Of a DNA stretch of 64,000 nucleotides, positions 48,901 through 60,200 are shown one piece after another. The stretch spans positions 7,114,580 to 7,178,579 of the forward strand of contig OZ316896.1 of NCBI GenBank assembly GCA_973895155.1. Direction: 5' to 3'. The position numbers and the translations under genes are program-made. Position 1 is the stretch's first letter; each line of letters starts with the position of its first letter. This stretch comes from Marsupella aquatica (taxonomy: Eukaryota; Plantae; Marchantiophyta). The notes under the pieces are model-generated. The model was not told the origin of the DNA and searched no databases. It was given only the letters and a program-made list of their open reading frames with translations.

Positions 48901-50454
48901 GAGGTGATTCAAACCGAGACATTCAGGAGTTTTCAACAACCAGACCAGTCAGCAATACTTCAGGAGGATTGACCTACTCCATCCTTCGAGTCAGGATTAG
49001 TCAATCTCCATCATTTTTGTTAAATAGTTATCATAGTTAGAAAAGTCTCATACTTTTTCAGGAGATAGCTCTTATGTAGCAGACCATACCCTGAAAGTAT
49101 CGGCCGAAACTGACATACAGTTTAGAAGATATGGCATTTTTAGTTTTGCAGTAGCGTGAGTGCGCAAAGGCGCAACGGCGCTAGTACTCCAAAGCGCAAA
49201 GGCGCAACGGCGCCTCCAACACTTAGAAAATTTTCCGGAACAGTATATTTTATATCCGGCAGCACTTTTCACCTATTTTATTAAGGCACTTAGACACCTC
49301 AGAAAAGTCTAAAATTTTGCCAGCATGTAGCATGTATGTAAATCTTCCACCTAGAAAAGTTTCACCCCATTTTGAATTTTATGTTAGAAATTAAAATTCT
49401 GATAAACTCACTATTTATTAGTTTTACCACAAAAGTGCAAAAAACACTTTTACTCCAGTTTACACTAAGGATAACTTTTGGTTAGTTTTTCATTCCAACA
49501 ACATTCTAGTGAACCTTGAGTACTCTTATAGCATATTTTCATACTTTTTGCTTTAGTTTATGACCCTTAAGATATGAAAGGGCATGTCCTTTCATTATCT
49601 CTTTTCCCCTTTAGTTTCTGCTAGCCTACATGTAGTAGAGTTTTTTACCACTTTTTGTGTGAAGAAATTTCATGAGCGCTCAGTTGCAAGATTGCAACTT
49701 TGTTACCTCCATTTGTAGCAAGCACTCCATTGCATATGAATACTTAATACAAAGGAATTCTTTCCCCTTCAAGTCTAAATGAATGAGAAGTTTGGATCCT
49801 TGAAGTAAAATCATTGTGATTGTTAAATCTTTTGAGTATGTGGAAATAGATTCCTTGTTGGTGATGTTTCACATATTCCTTAGTTCTTGATGCATAGTTT
49901 TTGGCGTGACATTGCTTGTGCACGGGATGCAAAGATTGTTACTTACCAATTACTTATGGCTTCAAAGATTATGATGGTGTCTCTTATTTGTGACACAAAG
50001 TACCGATTGGATACAGAAGTGATTGATTACTAGTCTCCACTCAGTACCTTGGAAGGAAAAGTTGAGACATGTTGACGGCATTTTAGTAATCATCCTAGTA
50101 CCGTAATCTTTTCCAGAAATGTTCTTGCGGATATACCACCTAAATCATATCAAATGAAGTTATGTTGAGGAGTCACCTTGGTTGTTTCCTAACTCCCTCA
50201 TCATACCTCAAGGTTTTTATTGTGTTTTATTAATTGTTTCCATTTGTTAATTTTATTTTTAATGTCAAGCAGACATTTAAAACTATGCCTTGCTGAGCAA
50301 CCATAGTAAAAGGTTCAACCTTTGTGTTTTTTTTTACCTTATTCATTCATAAGTGCTAAATAATAGAAAATCATTCCTTACATGTTCTTCCATGGGAACG
50401 AATACCGAGTTTTGGATCTTAAATGTTCATTTATGTCCCTAGTGTGATACTACA
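45925..50454 (+). mobile_element. 4.5-kb Athila-like solo LTR with 5-bp TSD CCCCT
   Basis: CCCCT|TGTAAT ... GATACTACA|CCCCT. Both termini match the PBS-flanked LTR at 40639-42366. Confidence 0.88.
46347..49000 (+). pseudogene. Long ORF inside the LTR (plant-mobile-domain-like N-terminus, Pro/Ser/acidic linker, helical C-terminus)
   Basis: ORFs 46119-47624 and 47670-48593 share a frame across one TGA, then frameshift to 48409-48843. Likely start MADEGG at 46347. Confidence 0.7.
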
Positions 50455-51254
50455 CCCCTACATAGATGATGTTTCTAGAAGCAAGTATATTGATGACAAG
50501 GCAGAGTCGACCGGCAGATCTCATAGCTCCCAGAATGATAGCTCAGAATCTGACACTGAAGGGTAGCAATTTTCTCCTCTATCAACTGTACCTCTCAACT
50601 GTATGCGTATGCCCTTGGTTTTTGTTAGCGCCTGGCGCTATTGAATTTATTAAATTGGAACTGAGTTTGAGGGAGATTGCCACTTCCATTCAATGGTTAA
50701 TGGGTTTGTCAAACCTGGTAATGGGGTCTTTCATAACGTCCTTTGTGTGGGTTCCTCTCCTTGTTTAACTAGCGCCCGATGCTCCCCAAAATGGTACCCC
50801 CTAAAAAAATACGTTGGAAGTTTCCGTTTGAAATTTGTCGTTTCCGTCCAACGGTCATTTGGCTTTCAGTCGGAGACTGGTACCGAGAAGAGGACCAATA
50901 ACGGGAAATTCAAGTGCCTTATAAACATACTATTGTGTCTGGGATATCAAAACATTATCAGTTTCGCACATTGCTTGCTTCTTTCAAAGTCCATTGCACT
51001 CATTTTTCTCCTTCTCGATTCCATGGAAGGCCATTTTGGAAGCTCCAATGTAGGGCCACATTCGGATCTTAATAACTCTGGTATTGTTAGAGATATGGGA
51101 ATGGAGATTGGCGCAGATAGGGTTATTGAAGGAGATCACGTTCTTCCCGTTTTGACTCACTTTACTTCTTTCGAGACAAGGACTGAATCTGTTGAGACAG
51201 AAACCACAGACTTTGTCAATCGCCTCCCATCTTGCGTCAGATGAGTAAAGTTAC

Positions 51255-51765
51255 ATCATCAGTTATTAGTCGTTTCCATCAGTCCACTTGATATCAGTCG
51301 CCACATCATCTTAGAGAGGCCGCCAAGATGCGGCGTCAAAAGAAAATGTAAAATTTTTTTTCTCAAAATTTGATGAAGAAAAAAAAAACTTTTTTTGAAA
51401 TTTTTTTCACTATGGGTGTCCGTACCGTACGGACATCGCTTCTCGGCGGGGTCACCCGAGATGGCTAGATGTCCGTATTGTACGGACACAGAATTTAGGC
51501 GATTTTTTTTTCAAATTTTGTTTTCATTTTGAAATTTTCAAGAAAATATTTTTTTTTCCATTTTTTTTGTCCGCACGCCGATCTCGGCGGGGTCAGCTGA
51601 GATTGAGTCAATCTCAGTTGCCTAGCTGAGATGCGTGGAAATGCAGAGTTGTCATCTCAGTTGCTTAGTTGAGATTCAAAAAATTTTCCATGGAAAAACT
51701 GAGAACTGATATCAGTCGCTGATATCAGTTATTAGCCACTAATAACTGATGATCCTCACTACCCC
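51255..51765 (-). mobile_element. Foldback/MITE-like element built from nested palindromes
   Basis: Right end ...GATCCTCACTACCCC; central TGTCCGTACCGTACGGACA..TGTCCGTATTGTACGGACA; left arm shares only ATCATCAGTTATTAG. Confidence 0.65.
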
Positions 51766-51884
51766 GCGCCGGATGAAGGTATCAGTCCCGGGGAGAGGAA
51801 CATCCCTTGGCAGTGTGATGTTTGGTCACCACTGTTTATGGAGAGGTTTTTTGTTCACCTGCCCAAACCCATGCAGGTGCCACT

Positions 51885-54023
51885 TGTGACACGGGCAACG
51901 TGTCACTTGACCGAACCCAGGTCGAAGATTAGGACTTATACGGTCATAAGGACCGTAGCCATAGCGTAGAATAGCACGTATAGCCGCCAAGTTGCCATTA
52001 TGATTAGATTAGGAGTAGGTTAAGATAACTGAATAATTACGAGTTCAGGAAAGGGATTATTACGCACGACCGAGGTACGGTGGCGGCAGCGGAGTAAAAA
52101 TCAGTTAGAAGAATCACGCTTGGACCGAGACGCCGACTTCAGCTCGTTATCAATGACCAAACGGCCTGACCTTCTCACGCTCGGGCTCGTCCTGGCACCC
52201 CCATAAGAGAGGAGCCGATGGCACTGCGGGCCATTCGCTCACGTTTACCTTTTTGGAATTCACGGATGCTGCCATCCGCTCGCCTTTTTGATTGAATCCA
52301 GTCGACCTTTACGAGGAAATTATCGAGGGAGAAGAGCGGAATGTGGCGAGATTTAGTCAGGACGAGCGAGGCCTCCGCGAAAAAGGACCAGCCAGGTGGG
52401 AACGTGGACGCAACGAACCGGACTACGAGGTTAGTATGACCCTCACAGCCTTGGGATTTTGGACCTTGTTTGGCGAGGTAGGTGCTAAGTTCTCCGAGAC
52501 TTACTGGTACTCTTGCCCCGAGAAAGCCGCTTACGAACGAAGGTACGCGAAGCTGGTAACCAAGGTAGCACTGGTTAATTGCGAAAGGACAGCCATCACC
52601 AGGGATTCTAGCTATAACGAGCTGCGAGACTACATCACCGAACTATATCTCAGCGAGGAAGGGCTTAGATCGGTAGCAGAGGCGATTCTTGAGGTTCCAG
52701 CTAAGTTCTTTAAGCTGAAGGGCAACCAGCGGCTTACTCAAGCGGAGTTCGACAAGATTCCGGGGTACCTAGACCAGCAGATCGCAGCCGAAAAGCGCCA
52801 AGAAGACATCAGCAGACAACGGGAAGCGGCACGTAATCTCACGTTCCTCGGGGAAAGCTCCAACGCCTTCAACTGGGATATGGCTACCCCAGCGCCTCAA
52901 CCGATGACCACCGGAGTACCGCCGAACCAGTCCCAAGTCCGTCCAGTAATCAACGCGGAGTGTTCTTCGGGTTCCGAGCGAGCTAGTCCGCAACTCGAAC
53001 AGCGTCCTCGTAAGCGGTCAAGGACTACGACGGCCCCCGAATCAACACGGACCGACGCCGCGCCTGCACCTGCCCCGGCAAACCCCTCGACCAACCAGAC
53101 CCGACGGCCCCCGGATAACCCGAAGTCCAACTTATTACAGGTAATCCGTGTCCCCGAGGTAGTCTGGATCGCGATCAAGAAACTCGAACATGCGGACTAT
53201 CTCAAGGAGCATCAGTTGGAGCGGTTCGCCCACTTACTATGGAGGCCGTGCGCCGCCGGGCCGAAGGAGATTTGTGAGTTCATCTCCAATTTCGACACTG
53301 ATGCGTCAACCACCAAGGTTTCGGGGCAGACCTTATCACTCACGGAGCATCGGTTAACGCAAATTTTTGGCCTACCAACCGGGCCGGTGCTGGTGGAAAT
53401 CCAAATTCGGGATAAGGAGTATATGCCGCGGCACTTCAAACCCGAGGGTAAGGCGGACAACGGATACAAGCAGGGGGCGTGCACCAACTTAACCTGTATG
53501 GAGCGGCTTAACTTCATACGGACTACCCTACACATGATTGAGCCACGATCCGAGATTTCCCTTTGCACGATCGTGCAGGTGGAACAGTACAAACGACAAA
53601 ACTGAGCCCAATTCTTCTACCGAAGATTCTCGGGGGAGCTGAAGCGGGCTTAGGGTGGTATGGCTATTGGAGGGAAGACTTACTTGGGAAGTCATATCGC
53701 CATTATCCTCGCCTGGTACAAGGCACGGCGGGAGGCCAGAGGAAAGAATACGGCCACCTCAGCCCTGGGTAATGTCACCCCCGCCCCAGAGGAGGCAACC
53801 CCGACTACGCGGACTACTGTCCCTCGGACAAACCCCGAGCCGGAAGCCCCGACTAATACTCCGCAACCACCCCCTATGGAAATTCCACCGCCTCCTTCCG
53901 TTGAGCCTCCGCTACCTGCAGTACAACCACCCCCAATCCCTCCACCACCTGAAGAAACCTTCCCCTCCCCAGCGCTGACTATAGAGGAGCTCATTGCCCC
54001 TGCCAAGGAACCACCGATACCCG
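51885..54023 (+). mobile_element. Left part of a family A-related ORF-containing LTR-like unit (copy 3), interrupted by the young Athila element
   Basis: Starts TGTGACACG (51885) or TGTCAC (51901). ORF 52292-54023 is in one frame with two stops and is homologous to copies 1 and 2 (ADNGY..CMERLNF..LHMIEPR vs ADNGF..LHMMEPR). Confidence 0.65.
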
Positions 54024-57000
54024 TGTCAAACACTTGCCAAGGAGCTTAAGCGGCTTTTCTCCCCAAAAGACTACCTAATACCTGCTCCATGTCATACCAG
54101 GGTCACAAAGGATTGACAAAACTTCTGAAGTGTGCTTACAATGTCCAATCACTCCATACATAAGTAGTTTCAACTCTCCACTTCTAGAGAGGTAGTCCCC
54201 TTGACTACTTTTGTACTCACCCCTTCCCCTCTCCTCTACTCCAAGGATCAGCAAGGGGGATCTCCGCTCCAAGCTGTCACCTTAGAGTAGATTCTCACAC
54301 AAACACCCAAGAACCCAAAGTACTTTCCTCTTCAAGCTTAAGTCTCCTCAAGACCCTCAAAGTAGTGTTACCCCTCAACCTTGCCCCCCTGGCCTTGGTT
54401 TGGGTCCACACATCCCCTTTGAGCCCTAGAGAAGGCTCCTCTATCTAAGGACTCTTCCTCTTGTTCTTACTTCTTGTTAACACCACACACCAAGCAAAGT
54501 ACTTTCCACCCTCAAGCTATAATCCTCTCTAAGTCTCAAAGTAATGCTATACCTTAACCTTGCCTCCTTGGCCTTGGTTTTGTACTAGCACATCCCCTTC
54601 AAGCTTAGACCAAGATTATACCATAGCATGGACTCTTCTCTTGCTCTCATATACTTCAAATGCACTCACACTTAATGGTCACAATGAAGATTGGTAAGTC
54701 TCCTTTTATTGCATCACCTTTACAACAAAAGTTCACTACACATTCTCCACACTAAGCATGGACCACCTCTCCTTTCTCAAGCTTAGCCCTACCTTGGCAA
54801 GGTAGAGATTTCACTTAAGAGATGAGACTCCCGGTCCCTAACAAATGAAAACTTCCTCCTTATATACTATCTCCTTCCACATCACACCAAGCTTGACCTG
54901 GGGTCCAACTATACCTCCCCCAAGTCCTCCTAACACACAAAGTCCAACTCTATAGTTCATAGCCCACCCTACTACTTGCTATTTTGCCTCCTTCCAAGCC
55001 CTGGAATATGCCACACATGAGTGGTATGCTTTGACTTCCAAACCTACTCCCACTTATGGTCCTCCTCACCAGCTTACCAACCCACTTGAAATCTCGCAAA
55101 AAGAGTGAGTGAGTCTCAAGTTGTGCCTAGTCAAAGTTGGCCTTATTTTACTTGTAACCCCTTTACTACCCTAAGTAAACTACCCCCTATATTTACTTTT
55201 CTTAACTTGATGGCCTTACACCTTTGGCCAAAGGTAAGTACCCTTCTCTAGAGCCTAACTCAAGTGGTATGGGTGCAAGAAAGGTCAGCCCCTAAATCTG
55301 GTATTCATTCCCCTATGCCGACTTTGGTTTGCAAGTTGTCGGGACTCCCTCGTGGCCTCGGTTAAAAATATATTTGAGTGATTACTTTTCTGGGGTTCCA
55401 CCTTCACCAGGGGGTGCCTTATCTTCCCCTAACTCAGCACAAAAAAATTTGGGCCCCAACGGATACCTCTAGCCAAAGTTATGCCCATTCTCCCAAGGCC
55501 TGTTTTTGGTGTAAAGCGGGTGTAAGCGGCGGCCCGATTACACTTACCTTACATGCCCCTTATGGGGATTCCACGTGTCATGAGGGGAGAGCACTCTCAT
55601 TATACTCATGTTTCTTATGAAGAAATTGTAAGGACAGCAATGTTTGCAGCCATTTCTCTCTCGTGAATTCAATCTAAAACCACAGCATTCTCTATTGGAT
55701 TCTTTCTTGTGCAGCAGTCCAGCTGATCAGCCGCCAGCCCCTCAATTTCACAGCCACCATAGCTCACAGCCAGCCTAGTCAATTTCGCAGCTAGCCCACC
55801 TCTTCAATTTTGCCGCTAGCAACACAGTCAATTTCGCAGCTAGCAGCACAGTCACATCAGCGCATTTACAGCACAACAACAGCAGATTTGAAGCACAGCA
55901 GCAGCAACCATAGCTTGATTCCTTCTCAGTCAAGCAGGTCTCTCTTCTCAATTTCGTAGCTGCCCACCTTTGCAATTTCGCAGCTAGCAGCAGCATCATT
56001 CAATTCAGCAGCATCAAGGCAGCAGCCAGCCAATTCTCATGAGCATCTCGTGCCTGATTAGTAGGAGCACCTCTAATCTAGTGTGCAGCTGTCATAGCAG
56101 CAAGCAGCCTTCCCAATTCAAAGCCAGCAGCGATCCTAATTTGCAGCCATAGCTCTTTTCCTTCTCAGCAGCCATAGCTTCTTCAATCAGCAACAGCCCT
56201 TGCTTCTTCAATCAGCAGCAGCCATTTCAATTCAGCCGCCCTTCCTTCAATTCAGCCGCCCTTCCTTCAATTCAGCCGCCCTTGTGCTCAATTGATTCCT
56301 CAAGTAATCATGCAGCACCTTTGGACAGCCTCCCGGTGCTTGACGTCCTCACCAGCCTCGTGCTTGCTCCTCCTTGCCTCGTGCTCGCTCCTCCTTGCCT
56401 CGTGCTCGCCGCGTGATCGTCGCCCACGCGGTTTACACTTAGAAAAAAATACATTTTTTTTTGGAAAAACAGCATTTTGGGGCGATTTTGGACCCCCCTC
56501 CAAAACTCACACATAAGTCCAAAAGGACTTCTGAGTAGCTCCACTGATTCTATGGACATAGGACTATGTCCGGGTTTACTAAGATATAAACAAAACCCTA
56601 TAACAACTTTTCTAAAATTAGGCAAAGAGGGTCAAGTCTTTATGTCTTCCAAAATTCTTCTCAACTTTGAGATGCTCCCAAAAAGTAACCAAGTGTGACA
56701 AAGTTGTCCCACAAGTTTCTAGGGATAGAGGGGACCATACTTAACCCACTTCCAAACTTGGAACCCCTACATTTACCCATCAGCTATTTTTCCCGGGACC
56801 CGCTATTTGGTAACTTTGATTTTTGCCAAAATACTTATAACTCCTAGGTTAAGACCCCACTTGACTTCATACTTTTTCAGGGTTCCCTAGGGACCTCCCA
56901 GCACCCATGGGAGAAATATCAGCCAAAAATAAGATGTCCGGTGTCGGGTCATTTTTCGGTCCCGACTTAGTCGCCTATTATAACTAAGGACGGACTAGTT

Positions 57001-57206
57001 TCCTGCCCCTCCTATAGTAACTTGCTTACCCCTAGATAACTTTGCATAACTAAATTCCCTCTTACCTCTACTAAGCTTCCCTTCTTACTTAAGTGCCCTA
57101 AACCTAGCTACTCTGATAGCACTAAAACTTTTTCCCTAACTATTTCCTCTTCTAAACGAAAGAATGTCATGTTTCTCTACACTAGCTGACACTGAGCCAT
57201 CCCACA
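54024..57206 (-). repeat. 3' LTR (about 3.18 kb)
   Basis: Minus strand TGTGGGATGG...TTTGACA. The left end is defined by the match to 63370, the right end by the adjacent PPT. Contains CAG-rich and 20/21-bp tandem repeats at about 55700-56410. Confidence 0.8.
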
Positions 57207-57219
57207 TAGCCCCCTACTT
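57207..57219 (-). promoter_or_regulatory. Polypurine tract
   Basis: AAGTAGGGGGCTA immediately before the TG of the LTR, about 30 bp after the pol stop. Confidence 0.7.
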
Positions 57220-57246
57220 AAGTGTGCAGCGTCCCCGCAAACACAC

Positions 57247-60200
57247 TTATTCCTGATTAAAGTACCTTTTCAACCTATCATGATGCACTCTAGTAGGGAA
57301 CACCTCTCCTTCAAGAGTAGCAAGCTGAATTGACCCATTAGCATAAACCTGGTGAACAACATAAGGACCCAACCACCGAGTATGCAACTTGCCTGGAAAA
57401 TGAGCATACCTACTGTCATAGAGTAATACCAGTTGTCCAGCAAGTAAAGAAGTTGGCTTCTTCAACTTCTTGTCATGATGTTGCTTCACTTGAGCTTGCT
57501 TCTTCTTCACTTGCTTGCTTGCCTCTTCCCGGATTTCCTCCAACTCCTCCAGCTGGTAAGCTCTCTCCATTAAACTCTGGTCAGCCTCCATTCTCTCCTC
57601 CACACTTACCCTCAAAGTAGGCACTTCAAACTCAACAGGTACAAGGGAGTGTTGTCCAAATACTAGGTAGAAAGGACTATGGCCGGTTGTGGTCTTGAAA
57701 GCAAGGTTGTAGGAGTACACAGCTGAGTATAATTTGTCATCCCAATCAGTCTTGTGTGCCGCCACGGTTTTGTTCAAGATCTTGCCAATGATGCCATTAG
57801 CTCTCTCCGTTAATCCATTGGCCTTGGGGTGATAGGGGGTGGTCTTCCTATGCTTAATCAAGTAATGGTTAGTGAGCTCCTCCACAACTTCATTCAAGAA
57901 GTGAGTCCCCCTATCACTAACCAGCTCTAGAGGTGGCCCAAATCTGGTAAAAATCTGTTGATACATGAACCTTGCTACTGTGAGAGCATTATCCTTGCTG
58001 GTTGGTCTTGCCTCTACCCACTTAGTAGCATAATCAGTTGCAAGAAGGATGTATCGATTCCTTCTAGACCTGGTCACAGGAGTGATGGGACCTATGAAAT
58101 CTATACCCCACTTCTCAAAAGGTGCAAGAGGTAAGATGGTGGTAAGAGGGTGATGCCTTGAGTGAGCTGGCTTACCTGTCCTTTGGCAAGGGTCACATCC
58201 CCTCACAAAAAGACTTACATCCTTATGAAGTGTTGGCCACCAATACCCTGCATCAAGAATTTTCCTTGCTGTTGTTGCACTTGCATAATGGCCACCAGCC
58301 TCCTCCTCATGCATAGCTCTCATCACAATGGAGATTTCCTTCTTCTCCAAACACCTCCTTAGTCTCCCATCAACTCCTTCCTTGTGAAGGACACCCTTCA
58401 CCAATAAGTAAGGTCTGATTTTTCTCAGGAAAACAGCAGCCTCCTCTTGGTTCAAATCTCTTGGTAGCCGGGTTGTGAGAAGAAATTGGATGATATCCAA
58501 ATACCATGTATCTCCTCCACTTCCCACATGAAAGAGGTCTTCATCTGGAAACTGATCATCCACCTCCTTCAAGTCCTCTTCTCCTTCAATCCTTGAGAAG
58601 AAGTCTGCATTCCCATGCTTCTTACCAGGCCTGACCCTCACCTCATAATCAAACTCTTGGAGCAACAAGATCCACCTTGCCACTCTACCAGTTACATCAG
58701 GTTTATTCACCATATACTTGAGAGCATTGTGATCAGTATGAAAGACCACCTTATAGCCCAACAAGTAGTGCCTAAACTTCTTACAAGAGTAGATGATTCC
58801 TAGAGCTTCTCTATCGGTTGGTGAGTAATTCTTTTCAGCTGGTGCCAATAGTCTACTTGCAAAGTAGATAGGGTGATCCCTATTCTGGTCATCAAGTTGA
58901 CTAAGCACCACACCAATACAAAAGCCAGACACATCCACATACACATGAAATTCTCTACTCCAATCTGGTGCTATCAAGATAGGGGCTTCAACCAACCTGT
59001 TCTTCAACTCCTGAAAACTTGCTAGCCTCTCAACTGAGGGTTCAACCTCAGCCCCCTTCTTAAGCATGCTGGTTAGGGGTAAAGCTACTTTAGCAAAGTC
59101 CTTAATGAACCTTCTATAGTAGTTTAAACATCCCAAGAATCCCCTCAACTCTGTCACTGAAGTTGGAAACTTGACAGCCATCCAAACAGCAACCTTCTCT
59201 TGGTCCACTTCTATGCCCTTCTTGGATACCTTGTGGCCAAGTAGTATCCCTTCTTCCACACCAAAGAAGCACTTCCCTGGGTGAAGCTTCAAACCAACTT
59301 CCCTACATCTTTGGAAGGTCATCCTCAAATGTTCAACATGGTCCTTCCCCCTTCCAAAAACAGCAAAGTCATCTATGAATACTTCCAAGAACTTTCTCAA
59401 GTAGTCATGAAAGATATTCATCATCAACCTTTGGAACATACCAGGGGCATTACAAAGACCAAAAGGCATCCTCCGAAAGGCATAAATCCCCCACTCAGTA
59501 GTAAAGGCTGTCTTCAACTGGTCCTCCTTCCTTATCCAAATCTGGTTGTAACCTGAGTACCCATCTAGGAAGCTATACACTTCCCAACCAGCTACTAAAT
59601 CAAGTACCATATCAGTAAATGGAATGGGATAGTGGTCCTTCTTAGTGGCCTCATTGAGTTTCCTAAAGTCTTGGCAAACTCGGATCTTAGGCTTACCATC
59701 CAAGCCTGGTTTCTTTGGTACTATGACAATTGGAGAAACCCACTCACTATTCAACACAGGATAGATGAAACCTGCTTCCAGCAATTTGTCTATCTCTTCC
59801 TTCACCATCAAGGAGTACTTGGGATTCATCCGATATTGCCTTTGTCTCACAGGTGAAGCTCCTAGCATCAAGTCGATTCTATGCTCACCAAGTTCAGGGT
59901 TTACACCAGTAAGATCCAAGTGACTCCAAGCAAACACATCCACATATTCACCTAGCAAATCTTGGATAGTTTTCTCTTCACCTGATCCCAGGGCATTTCC
60001 CAAGTTGAAGGTCTTGTCTTGCTGGACAGAGATGGTTCTGTACTGCTCAGCTCGAATCACCTCCATCTTGTTCCTCATTGTGGAGTCAAAAGTGCCCTCA
60101 AGTTGTGCCAACCTCATGCCTCCATAGACGGGTGCATTTTCAGCACTTAACTCCTCCTTCTCCTTGCTTGAATGCTGGTCTTCCTGAGTCTCATCCTCCT

